NCBI GenBank assembly: GCA_036556965.1
Contig: DATBIO010000289.1
Coordinates: 964-64,963 of the forward strand
Direction of reading: 5' to 3'
DNA length: 64,000 nt
DNA from: Vicinamibacteria bacterium
GTDB taxonomy: Bacteria; Acidobacteriota; Vicinamibacteria; Fen-336
The position numbers were made by a program, and so were the translations under genes. Below the pieces are notes generated by a model. It saw only the letters and a list, made by a program, of their open reading frames with translations, was not told the DNA's origin and made no database searches. This document shows positions 54,313 to 64,000 of this stretch, piece by piece (position 1 is the first letter of the stretch; each line of letters opens with the position of its first letter).

Positions 54313-55627
54313 GCCGCCCGCGGCGCCGCGCGCCGCTTTCGCCCTCTTCGTCCTCTTCCTCGCCAACACCCTGAACTTCTTCGACCGCACCGTCCTCTCC
54401 GCGGTGGTCGAGCCGCTGCGCAAGGAATGGGCGCTGAGCGACGGCGCCGTGGGATGGCTGGGCACCGCCTTCACCCTGCTCTACGCCGTGGTCGGCCTGC
54501 CCCTGGGCCACCTCGCCGACACCGGCCGGCGCACGACCCTGCTCTTCGCCGGCTCCTTCCTGTGGAGCCTGATGACGGCCCTGTCGGGCCTGGCCGCATC
54601 CTTCCGGTCGCTGTTCGCCGCGCGCCTGCTGGTGGGCGTGGGCGAGGCGGCGTGCGCCCCCGCCTCCAACTCGCTCCTGGCCGACCTGTTCCCGCCCGCG
54701 CAGCGCGGGCGGGCCACCGCCGTCTTCATGCTCGGCCTGCCCGTGGGGCTCGGCCTGAGCTACGCGGTGAGCGGCGCGGTGGCGCAGGAATGGGGCTGGC
54801 GCGCGACCTTCTTCGTGGCGGGGGTGCCCGGCCTCTTCCTGTCCTTCCTCTGCCTCCTCCTTCCGGAGCCGCCGCGCGGCGGCGCGGAGGACGTGGCGGT
54901 GGGTGCGCGCCGGCGTCCGGGCTCGGCCCTCGCCCTGCTCCTGCGCTCGCCCACCTTCGTGCTCGTCGTCGTCTCCGGCGCCCTCCACAACTTCAACATG
55001 TACGCGCTCTCGACCTTCCTGCCCGCCTTCCTCTCCCGGCACCACGGCCTGAGCGTGCGCGGCGCCGGGCTCGTCTCGGGCCTGGTCTTCGGCGTCGTGG
55101 GCGGGCTCGGCATGCTGATGGGCGGGCTGCTCGCGGACCGCGTGGCCGCGCGGCGGGAGGCGGGACGGCTCCTCGCCGGCGCGGCGTGCCTGGGCGCCTC
55201 CGTGCCGCTGCTGCTGGCCATGCTGGGCCAGGCGCCGGGCGCGCGGGCCCCTCTCGTCCTCCTCCTCGCGCTGTCCGTGCTGGCGCTGTACGCGTACTAC
55301 GCCCCCGTGTACGCCACCCTCCAGGAGATCGTGGAGCCCGCGCTGCGCGGCACGGCCATGGCCGTGTACTTCTTCGCCATGTACCTCCTGGGTGCCTCGC
55401 TGGGCCCGGTGGGCCTGGGGCTGCTCTCGGACGCCCTGGCCGCGCGCGCCGCCGTGGAGATGGGGCTCGCGCCGGGGGCGGAGGCGGCGCGGGCGGCCGG
55501 CCTCCATCGCGCGTTCTTCGTGGTGCCGCTGCTGGGCCTGGTCCTGTTCGCGGTGCTCCTGCTCGCGGCGCGGACGCTCCCCCGCGACCGGCGGGAGCTG
55601 CGCGCGTGGATGGAAACGGCCGCCTAG
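54305..55627 (+). CDS. MFS transporter.
   Basis: 12 TM segments. FLANTLNFFDRTVLSAV is MFS motif A-like (GLPLGHLADTGRR). GTG start overlapping the previous stop. Confidence 0.8.
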   Translation: MAEPPAAPRAAFALFVLFLANTLNFFDRTVLSAVVEPLRKEWALSDGAVGWLGTAFTLLYAVVGLPLGHLADTGRRTTLLFAGSFLWSLMTALSGLAASFRSLFAARLLVGVGEAACAPASNSLLADLFPPAQRGRATAVFMLGLPVGLGLSYAVSGAVAQEWGWRATFFVAGVPGLFLSFLCLLLPEPPRGGAEDVAVGARRRPGSALALLLRSPTFVLVVVSGALHNFNMYALSTFLPAFLSRHHGLSVRGAGLVSGLVFGVVGGLGMLMGGLLADRVAARREAGRLLAGAACLGASVPLLLAMLGQAPGARAPLVLLLALSVLALYAYYAPVYATLQEIVEPALRGTAMAVYFFAMYLLGASLGPVGLGLLSDALAARAAVEMGLAPGAEAARAAGLHRAFFVVPLLGLVLFAVLLLAARTLPRDRRELRAWMETAA

Positions 55628-55664
55628 GGCGCGCCGGCGGGAGCGCGCGGCGCGCCGCTCGCCC

Positions 55665-56309
55665 TCAGCCCTGTTCCGGCGGGAAGTCGAAGCCGAAGGA
55701 GCGCGACAGGCCGCGGCTCTGGATCCCGACCTGCACCTCGAGCCCGGGCGCCGCGTCCTGGACCCACACCACCGCGCCCCGGAAGGAGCGGGTCCCCGCG
55801 CGCAGGTGCAGGTGGCTGCCCATGGGCGGCCGCTGGGAGAGCGAGAGGGCGGCGCCGTTACGGCTGAGCGTGATGATGGCGCCACTCTCCTCGAACGGCT
55901 GCCCGGAGGCGTCCACGCCGGACAGGGTGACGGGCAGGTAGACGGTCACGCGGTCGCCGCGGCGGCGCGCCTCGCGACCCTCGGGGGTCTCCTGCCGGGC
56001 CACGAACTCCGCCAGCCGCCGGCGCTCGTCCGGCGTCACGTCCAGGAACTGGCAGCCGGCCCCGATGCCCTCCTGCACGTAGAGCACGCGGGCGCCGACG
56101 GTGAGGGGCTCCTCGCCCGGCTCCAGGCGGAAGGTGAGGACCAGGAGCTCGGGCAGGGCGGCCAGGACCTCGAGGAAGGCGCCCCCGGCGCTGATCTCGG
56201 CGAGGCGGGCCCGGAGGGGCAGGCCGTGGCTCGTGCACTCGACTTCCCGGACGAGCGGGACGCGTGGATCTCGCCGGCGTTCGACGCCCATTCCCGCCGC
56301 TCCTGCCAT
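55665..56309 (-). CDS. Tandem PilZ-domain (c-di-GMP-binding) protein.
   Basis: RRRDPRVPLVREVEC...ARLAEISAGGAFLE (RxxxR ... D/NxSxxG) and a second module RRRGDRVTVYLPVTLSG...GAIITLSRNGAALS. Confidence 0.65.
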   Translation of the reverse strand: MAGAAGMGVERRRDPRVPLVREVECTSHGLPLRARLAEISAGGAFLEVLAALPELLVLTFRLEPGEEPLTVGARVLYVQEGIGAGCQFLDVTPDERRRLAEFVARQETPEGREARRRGDRVTVYLPVTLSGVDASGQPFEESGAIITLSRNGAALSLSQRPPMGSHLHLRAGTRSFRGAVVWVQDAAPGLEVQVGIQSRGLSRSFGFDFPPEQG

Positions 56310-56378
56310 CTTCGCCGCGCCCTCGAAGCCGAGGGAGGCCGGTAGCAGTGTAGAAGCGCTCCAATTCCGGGTCAAACG

Positions 56379-56408
56379 TTGACACTCGTCGCGGCGGGAC
56401 GTTAGGCT
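56379..56408 (+). promoter_or_regulatory. Sigma70-like promoter candidate for the cupin gene.
   Basis: TTGACA at 56379-56384, a 17-18 nt spacer, TTAGGCT as the -10 region, then RBS GGGGAGG at 56420-56426 and ATG 56434. Confidence 0.4.
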
Positions 56409-56433
56409 GCTTCGGGCCTGGGGAGGTCATTGC

Positions 56434-56925
56434 ATGCGCAAACGGTGGCTCGTGCTCGTGGCCGGCATCCTCGCCTCCGACGTCCACGCCGCACCGAGCA
56501 TGCAGGCCACGCCTGCGCCCGCGCCCTCGCCGGCCGCGTCCCCACGGCCCGTGGGCGGCAAGGACCCCGTCCTCTGGTCCGCCACGGACATCCAGTGGAC
56601 GGATGTCCCCGAGAGCAAGGGCCTCAAGCAGGCGATCCTCTGGGGGGACCCCGCCACCCGCGGCTACGGGGCGCTGAACCGCTGGCCCGCCGGCTTCCAG
56701 CAGCCGCTGCACCACCACACCTTCGACGTCAAGGCGCTCGTGCTCGCGGGCACGCTGGTGATGGCCCTGGAAGGGGCGGCGGCCAAGGAGTTCCCCCCCG
56801 GCTCGTACGTGATGCTGCCGGGGCGCCTCAAGCACACGACAGGGTGCAAGGCGGGCGCGGAGTGCGTGTTCTTCGCGGAGCAGAGCCTGCGCTACGACAT
56901 GGCGGTGGCGGAGCCGGCGAAGTAG
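56434..56925 (+). CDS. Secreted cupin-domain protein (DUF4437-like).
   Basis: Signal peptide MRKRWLVLVAGILASDVHA. Cupin motif HHHTFDVKALVLAGTLV ... PPGSYVMLPG. Confidence 0.65.
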   Translation: MRKRWLVLVAGILASDVHAAPSMQATPAPAPSPAASPRPVGGKDPVLWSATDIQWTDVPESKGLKQAILWGDPATRGYGALNRWPAGFQQPLHHHTFDVKALVLAGTLVMALEGAAAKEFPPGSYVMLPGRLKHTTGCKAGAECVFFAEQSLRYDMAVAEPAK

Positions 56926-56926
56926 C

Positions 56927-58267
56927 TCACTTCCCGCTGACCGTCATCCGCCGCACGCGCAGGGTGGGGGCGGCCGTGGACGAGCGGAAGACCAGGTCGG
57001 ATCCCACCGCGTCCACGTCGAGCAGCATCTGCTTCAGGTTGCCGGCGATGGTGACCTCGCTCACGGGATGGACGAGGACGCCGTTCTCGATCCAGTGCCC
57101 GGCCGCGCCCTGCGAGAAGTCGCCGCTGACCAGGTCCACCCCGAAGCCGATGAGGTCGGTGACGTAGAGGCCGCGCCCGGTGTCGGCCAGTATCTGCTCG
57201 GGGGGGGTGGGGCCCGGCTCCAGGCTGAGGTTGGCCGAGCCCACCCCCGGCTGGCCGCCCACACCGCGCCGGGCGCAGCCCACCGCGCGCGCGCCGATCT
57301 TGCGCGCCGCGTAGCTGTCGCACATGTAGTGCCTCAGCACGCCCTGCTCGATGGGGACGTTGCGGCGGGTGGCCAGTCCCTCTCCGTCGAAGGGCCGCGA
57401 GCCCAAGCCCCGCGGGCGCCGACCGTCGTCCACCACGGTGAGCAGGGGCGAGGCCACCCGCTCGCCCAGGCGGTCCTTCAGGAAGGTCGAGCTGCGGAAG
57501 ACGGCGTAGCCCGAGGTGGCGCGGAAGAGGTGGCCCAGCAGCTCGGCCGCCGTCTCGGGGTCGAAGACCACCGGCACCTCGCAGGTGGGCACCTTGCGCG
57601 CGCCCAGGCGGCGCAGGGTGCGCTCCGCCGCGATGCGCCCCACGTCCTCCGGGGCGAGGAGATCGGCCATGCCGCGACCCGCGCTGTACCAGTAGTCGCG
57701 CTCCATGGCCCCGTCCTTCTCCGCCACGGGAACCACCGAGAACGAAACCGAGGAGGTGCGATACGAGCCGAGGAAGCCCAGGGTGTTGGCGAGGACGATG
57801 GTGTCCTCCCCGCTCGCGTAGGAGGCGCCCTGCGAGTTGGTGATGAGGGGCGAGGCGGCCAGCGCCGCCGCCTCCGCCTGCCGCGCCCGCGCGATGCGCT
57901 CATCGGTGGGCACGGCGGCGGGCGAGGGGTCGAAGAGGCCGAGCTCCACGTCCTCCGCGGGCCCCGTCTCCTCGGGCAGCCCGCCCGCCTCGTCCTCGCC
58001 CGTCACCCGTGCCATGTCCACGGTGTCGCCCACCAGCGAAGCGATGGCCGAGGGCGAGAGGTCGGAGGTATAGGCGGTGGCCGTGCGCCGCCCCACGAAG
58101 ACGCGCAGGCCCAGCCCCTTGCTGCCCGCCTCCTTGAGCGTCTCCACCTCTCCCCTGCGCACGGTCACGGAGAAGTCGGTGCCCTCGGCGATCAGCACGT
58201 CGGCGGCGTCGGCCCCCGTGGCGCGCGCGCGCGCGAGGACGTCGGCGGCGAGGTCGCGGTAGTCCAT
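56927..58267 (-). CDS. pmbA: TldD/PmbA-family metalloprotease (PmbA-like).
   Basis: The length and the C-terminal GxGxDxxSGDFS...GxxIENG blocks match PmbA/TldE. Confidence 0.8.
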   Translation of the reverse strand: MDYRDLAADVLARARATGADAADVLIAEGTDFSVTVRRGEVETLKEAGSKGLGLRVFVGRRTATAYTSDLSPSAIASLVGDTVDMARVTGEDEAGGLPEETGPAEDVELGLFDPSPAAVPTDERIARARQAEAAALAASPLITNSQGASYASGEDTIVLANTLGFLGSYRTSSVSFSVVPVAEKDGAMERDYWYSAGRGMADLLAPEDVGRIAAERTLRRLGARKVPTCEVPVVFDPETAAELLGHLFRATSGYAVFRSSTFLKDRLGERVASPLLTVVDDGRRPRGLGSRPFDGEGLATRRNVPIEQGVLRHYMCDSYAARKIGARAVGCARRGVGGQPGVGSANLSLEPGPTPPEQILADTGRGLYVTDLIGFGVDLVSGDFSQGAAGHWIENGVLVHPVSEVTIAGNLKQMLLDVDAVGSDLVFRSSTAAPTLRVRRMTVSGK

Positions 58268-58290
58268 GATTTGCGCTCTAATCTTGACCC

Positions 58291-59817
<1,527 letters not shown>

Positions 59818-59827
59818 CCGCACCGGG

Positions 59828-61525
59828 GTGGCGCGCCGACGCTGGCTGGCCGGGCTGATCCCGGCCACCCTCGTCGCCTACGGGCTCCTGGCCCAGGGTC
59901 TGGCCCAGCGCGCCTTCGCCGCCTTCGTCGGCTACGAGACCCCCTTCGCTTTCGCCGGCGAAGGCCCGCCCGTGGGCCCGCCCCTCACGCCGCGCGTGGT
60001 CCTGGTGCTGGTGGACGGCCTTGGCTACGCGGCCTCGCGGGACCTGCCCTTCCTCTCCGCCCTGCGCGGGCAGGGGGCCGACTACGAGTGCCGCGTCGGC
60101 CTTCCCTCCCTGTCCCTTCCCGCGCGCGGCGTCATGCTCACCGGCGCCTGGGCCGAGATCCACGGCCAGCCCACCAACATGAAGGCGCGCCCGATGCGGG
60201 TCGAGCACCTCTTCGGCCTGGCCCGGCGCCTGGGCCTGCGCACCGGCCTCAGCGCGCACAAGGGCACGCATACGCTCTTTGCCCCCGTGGACGTCCCCGT
60301 GCGGCTCCCGGAGGAGCCGGAGACGGCCCCCTTCGCCCGCTACGAGGAGGGCTTGCGCGCGGCGCTGGAGGGCGCGCGCGAAGTGCTGCGCGCGGTGCCC
60401 GCGGGCTTCGCCTGGGTGGAGCTGCACATCGCGGACGAGGCGGGGCACAACTGGGGCGCGGCCTCCGCGGAGTACGCGCGCGCCGCCCGCCTCGCCGACG
60501 ACGCGCTGCGCGGCCTCGCCGCGGAGGTGGACCTCGCGCGGGAGACGCTGGTGGTGGTGGGCGACCACGGCCACGTGGACGAGGGAGGCCACGGCGGCGA
60601 CGAAGAGGCGGTGATGACCGTGCCCCTGGTCCTGGCGGGCCGCGGCGTGCGCAGGGGAGCGGGCCGCTGCCGGCACACCGACCTCGCGCCCACCCTGAGC
60701 GCGCTCCTCGGGCTTCCCATTCCTGCCAGCAACCAGGGCCGGCCGCGGGCGGAGGCGCTGGAGGTGGACGATGACGGGCGGCTCCGGCTGCTGCAAGCCA
60801 CGGCCGTCCAGCGCGACGCGTTCCTCGCGCGGTACGCACGGCGCCTGGGCGAGGTGACGGGCGCGCCGCCGGCGACGGCGGCATCGGCGGGGCCCGGTGC
60901 CCAGGGGCGCGCCGGGGACCTCGAGGACGCCGATGCGCGCCTGGCCCGGCTGCGGTCCGCGCGGATCCACGAGCAGCGCGCGCGGCGTCTCCCGCGGGCC
61001 CTGCTCTTCGCCGCCCTGCCCGTCGCCCTCGTGCTCGTGCTCCGTGCCGCGGGCGCGGTCCGGGGGGGAGACCTGCTCATTGGCCTCGACGCCGGTGGGC
61101 TGTCCGCGATCTGCTACTACCTGCTCTTCAGGGTCATCGGGCTGCGCGCCTCCCTCACCGCCGTGAACAAGGACGAGTGGATGGCGGCCTTCTTCAACAA
61201 GGACATGGCGCTGGCCCTGGGTTGTGCGGCCCTGGCCGCGGCGGTGGCATTCGTGTTCGCGCGCCGGCGCGGCCGCGGACCGGGCGAAGCGCTGGTGGTG
61301 TCCTGGCTCGCCGTCCTCGCCCTCGCCTACGTCTTCATCGCGCAGGTCGCCGTCGCCCTCTGGCGCGAGTCCGTGGTCATGTCGTGGCACCTGCCCGACC
61401 TGGCCACGTCGTTCGGGTTCTACCTGGACGCCCTCGCCCTCTTCGCGGCGGCCGTCGGGGGAACGGTCGTCGTTCTCGCCCTGACCGCGTGGGCATGGTG
61501 GACGAGAAGGCGGACCGCGGGGTGA
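59828..61525 (+). CDS. Alkaline-phosphatase-superfamily (type I phosphodiesterase/nucleotide pyrophosphatase-like) domain fused to a C-terminal multi-TM region.
   Basis: VVLVLVDGLGY ... VGDHGH are metal-ligand blocks of the AlkP core. The C-terminal about 170 aa have 5 TM helices. Confidence 0.65.
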   Translation: MARRRWLAGLIPATLVAYGLLAQGLAQRAFAAFVGYETPFAFAGEGPPVGPPLTPRVVLVLVDGLGYAASRDLPFLSALRGQGADYECRVGLPSLSLPARGVMLTGAWAEIHGQPTNMKARPMRVEHLFGLARRLGLRTGLSAHKGTHTLFAPVDVPVRLPEEPETAPFARYEEGLRAALEGAREVLRAVPAGFAWVELHIADEAGHNWGAASAEYARAARLADDALRGLAAEVDLARETLVVVGDHGHVDEGGHGGDEEAVMTVPLVLAGRGVRRGAGRCRHTDLAPTLSALLGLPIPASNQGRPRAEALEVDDDGRLRLLQATAVQRDAFLARYARRLGEVTGAPPATAASAGPGAQGRAGDLEDADARLARLRSARIHEQRARRLPRALLFAALPVALVLVLRAAGAVRGGDLLIGLDAGGLSAICYYLLFRVIGLRASLTAVNKDEWMAAFFNKDMALALGCAALAAAVAFVFARRRGRGPGEALVVSWLAVLALAYVFIAQVAVALWRESVVMSWHLPDLATSFGFYLDALALFAAAVGGTVVVLALTAWAWWTRRRTAG

Positions 61526-61570
61526 CGGGCGCCCCTCCCGCCAGACCGGCCGGCCTCCGCCTCGGCGCGA

Positions 61571-62467
61571 TCAGGCGCGAGGCTTGAGCTCGGCCTCCGG
61601 CGGGAACGAATGGACGGGCACCCGGTGCTGCGCGGGAGGGAGCGCGCCCGTCCGGAGGTAGGCGGCCAGCGCCTGCAGGGCGGGCCCGGTATTGGAGGGC
61701 ATGACCACGGTGGCGGCCAGCTGTCCGGTCAGGACGTGGCGCTGGCCGACGCTGGGCACGCCGTCGATGCCGAGGAACGGCACGCCCCGGGCGCGGGCCG
61801 CGCCCTCGGGCGTCGCCTCGAAGGCCGACCGCGCCCCGCGCGCGATGGCGTCGTCCTGGCCGGCCACGAGGTCGATGGCCACTCCCGCGCTCGTCTTGAG
61901 GCGCAGCCAGCTCCGCACCGCCTTCTCCGCGCTCTCCTCCGTCCAGTGCGCGTCGATCACGACGAGGCGGACCCCGGACCCGGCCAGGACCTCCTCGGTG
62001 GCGTGATGCCTCACCTCGACCACGGGGTTGGCGGTGGGGCCCTGGACGTAGAGGACGGTGCCCCCCGCGGGGAGCAGCGCGCGGATCTGGCGCGCCTGCA
62101 GCCGCCCGATCTCCGCCTGGTCGGAGCCCACGGCGAAGATGGGCAGGGCGGGGAAGTCGGCGCGCAGGCGGTCCACGTCGGCCACGACGCAGTTCAGGAA
62201 GGCCGTGCCCACGCCCGCGTCGGCGGCGCGGCGGGCCAGGCGCTCCATGCCTTCCAGGGCCACCGGCTCCACCAGGATGGCCCGCGGCCGCCCTTCGGCG
62301 TGCACGACCTTGAAGAGCTGCTGGATCTGCAGGACGGCGTTGTTCTCGGCGAAGACCAGCTCCACCGCGAGCCCCAGTCGCGCCGCCGTCTCGCGCGCGT
62401 CCACGGCCTGGAGCTGCTGGAACTCGTTCACGCGGTCGGGGAGGCTGATCACCACCTTGTCGGCCAT
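61571..62467 (-). CDS. Periplasmic-binding-protein/LacI-type sugar-binding-domain protein without an HTH.
   Basis: Type I PBP fold pattern (ILVEPVALEGMERLARRAADAGVGTAFLN ... TVLYVQGPTANPVVEVR). There is no N-terminal HTH and no obvious signal peptide. Confidence 0.55.
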   Translation of the reverse strand: MADKVVISLPDRVNEFQQLQAVDARETAARLGLAVELVFAENNAVLQIQQLFKVVHAEGRPRAILVEPVALEGMERLARRAADAGVGTAFLNCVVADVDRLRADFPALPIFAVGSDQAEIGRLQARQIRALLPAGGTVLYVQGPTANPVVEVRHHATEEVLAGSGVRLVVIDAHWTEESAEKAVRSWLRLKTSAGVAIDLVAGQDDAIARGARSAFEATPEGAARARGVPFLGIDGVPSVGQRHVLTGQLAATVVMPSNTGPALQALAAYLRTGALPPAQHRVPVHSFPPEAELKPRA

Positions 62468-62473
62468 GGCGCC

Positions 62474-63889
62474 CTACTGCCTCGTACCGCCGACGGTGAT
62501 CTCGGAGACGAGGAGGGTGGGCAGGCCCACGCCGACGGGCACGTGCTGCCCCGCCTTGGAGCACACGCCCACGCCCTCGTCGAGGCTCAGGTCGTGGCCG
62601 ATGCGCGTCACCCGGGTGAGGATGTCGGGGCCGTTGCCGATGAGGGTGGCTCCCACCACGGGCCGCGTCACCCGGCCGTCCTCGATGAGGTAGGCCTCGG
62701 TGGCGGAGAACACGAACTTGCCGCTGGTGATGTCCACCTGGCCCCCTCCGAAGTGCTTGGCGTACAGGCCGCGCGGCACGGAACGGATGATGTCGGCGGG
62801 GTCGTCCTGGCCCGCGAGCATGAAGGTGTTGGTCATGCGCGGCATGGGGATGGACGCGTAGCTCTGCCGGCGGCCGTTCCCGGTGGCGGGCATGCCCATG
62901 AGGCCGCTGTTGAGCCGGTCCTGCAGGTAGCCGCGCAGGATCCCGTCCTCGATGAGCACGGTGCGGCCCGGGACGTTGCCCTCGTCGTCGACGTTCAGGC
63001 TGCCGCGCCTCTCCGCGATGGAGCCGTCGTCCACAACCGTGACCCCGGGGGCGGCCACGCGCTGGCCGATGCGGCCGCTGAAGGCGGAGGTGCCCTTGCG
63101 GTTGAAGTCCCCCTCCAGGCCGTGGCCCACCGCCTCGTGGAGGAGGATGCCGGGCCAGCCCGGGCCGAGGACGACGGGCATGGGCCCCGCGGGCGCCTCC
63201 GCCGCCCCCAGCAGGTTCACGGCCATGCGCGCGGCCTCGCGCGCGAAGTGCTCGGGGGGTCTGCTCTCGAAGAACTCCGGACCCAGCCGCCCGCCGCCCC
63301 CCGCCGAGCCCTCGCGGCGCACGCCGCCCTCGGCGGCGATCACGGAGACGCGGATGGAGAACAGGGGCTGCACGTCCTCCACCAGGATGCCGGCGGAGTT
63401 GGCGATGCGGACCTGCTTCACCTCCTCGCCCAGGGTGGCGATGACCCGTTCCACGCGCGGGTCGAAGGCGCGCGCCGCGCGGTCGGCCCGCTCCAGGAGC
63501 GCGATGCGGTCGAGCAGGGCCAGGGGGCCGAGGGCGCGCTCCGCGTAGCGGCGCGTGACGGGGGCGGGGGAGACCGACTGCGGGGGAGCGGTCCGGCTGT
63601 CCGCCGCGATGTGGGCCGCCGTGTCCGCGGCCCGGGCCATGGCCTCCCACGACAGGTCGTCGGTGTAGGCGTAGCCCGTGCGCTCGCCGCTCACCACGCG
63701 CACCCCCAGCCCGCAGGACACGCCCGCGGAGGCGGTGCGGATGATGCCCTCCTCCAGCAGCAGCGAGGACGTCCGCTGGTGCTCGAAGTAGAGGTCGGCG
63801 AAGTCCCCGCCGCGGGCGAGGGCACGGGAGAGGAGGCGTTCCATCTCCCCCACGGGGACGTCGGAGGGGGTGCGCGCGCGGTCGTCCAT
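62474..63889 (-). CDS. tldD: TldD metalloprotease.
   Basis: HEAVGHGLEGDFNRKGTSAF is the TldD HExxxH zinc motif. 2-6 nt from the PBP-like gene. Start taken at MDDRART. Confidence 0.85.
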   Translation of the reverse strand: MDDRARTPSDVPVGEMERLLSRALARGGDFADLYFEHQRTSSLLLEEGIIRTASAGVSCGLGVRVVSGERTGYAYTDDLSWEAMARAADTAAHIAADSRTAPPQSVSPAPVTRRYAERALGPLALLDRIALLERADRAARAFDPRVERVIATLGEEVKQVRIANSAGILVEDVQPLFSIRVSVIAAEGGVRREGSAGGGGRLGPEFFESRPPEHFAREAARMAVNLLGAAEAPAGPMPVVLGPGWPGILLHEAVGHGLEGDFNRKGTSAFSGRIGQRVAAPGVTVVDDGSIAERRGSLNVDDEGNVPGRTVLIEDGILRGYLQDRLNSGLMGMPATGNGRRQSYASIPMPRMTNTFMLAGQDDPADIIRSVPRGLYAKHFGGGQVDITSGKFVFSATEAYLIEDGRVTRPVVGATLIGNGPDILTRVTRIGHDLSLDEGVGVCSKAGQHVPVGVGLPTLLVSEITVGGTRQ

Positions 63890-64000
63890 TGGCCCAATAT
63901 AACCGGGGCGGCTAGAGTAGCTCGCCCGGGCATGTGCGGAATCAGCGGCATCGTCGACTTCCGGCACCCGCCCGAGGGCCCCCTGCTCGGGCGGATGAGC

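Overview
This is a 64 kb window of very high-GC (~72%) bacterial chromosome with no rRNA, tRNA, CRISPR, IS elements or integrases that I could recognise. Coding density is very high, with many 4-nt ATGA/GTGA/TTGA stop-start overlaps. The gene content is a myxobacteria-like signature: an MglA-like Ras GTPase, a GldA/GldF/GldG-type ABC cluster with a DUF4340 gene, a DUF4388-TPR protein, an FHA-domain protein, a Hanks-type Ser/Thr kinase and PilZ proteins. The lineage is probably Myxococcota or a relative, but that is an inference from gene content only.

The supplied six-frame track is dominated by long shadow ORFs typical of GC-rich DNA, for example the 1424-aa ORF at 38057-42331. I ignored those and called genes from recognisable protein families, sometimes re-deriving starts by hand.

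The main points of interest, in order:
- A compact bacterial-microcompartment (BMC) shell locus at about 31.8-35.5 kb: one BMC-H and three tandem BMC-P vertex genes, next to a class II aldolase with a C-terminal encapsulation-peptide-like helix. A YHS-domain membrane protein, a citrate synthase and a tiny Cys/His-rich protein are co-oriented with them. There is no BMC-T, aldehyde dehydrogenase or phosphotransacylase in the window.
- A 10-gene translationally coupled envelope operon at 40.0-50.1 kb: two FtsX-type permeases, a LolD-like ATPase, a LolA-like protein, an outer-membrane beta-barrel, a membrane-embedded spermidine-synthase-like protein, a thioesterase, a YkgJ Cys-cluster protein, an SDR epimerase and an alpha/beta hydrolase, sitting divergent from fabH.
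- An MglA paralog with a roughly 270-aa Pro/Ala/acidic C-terminal tail.
- A lipoprotein / FHA-coiled-coil-trypsin protease / PMT-type glycosyltransferase operon in which the glycosyltransferase has no canonical start codon.
- Three tandem DinB_2/YfiT-family genes, one fused to a GNAT domain.
- An orphan ChrR-like anti-sigma factor coupled to the Gld-like ABC cluster.
- A PPK2 / ATP-grasp gene pair.
- Two genes whose signal-peptide-like N-termini are only reachable from a CTG overlapping the upstream TGA stop.

Coordinates are from the ORF track where possible. Starts I derived by hand may be off by a few nucleotides.
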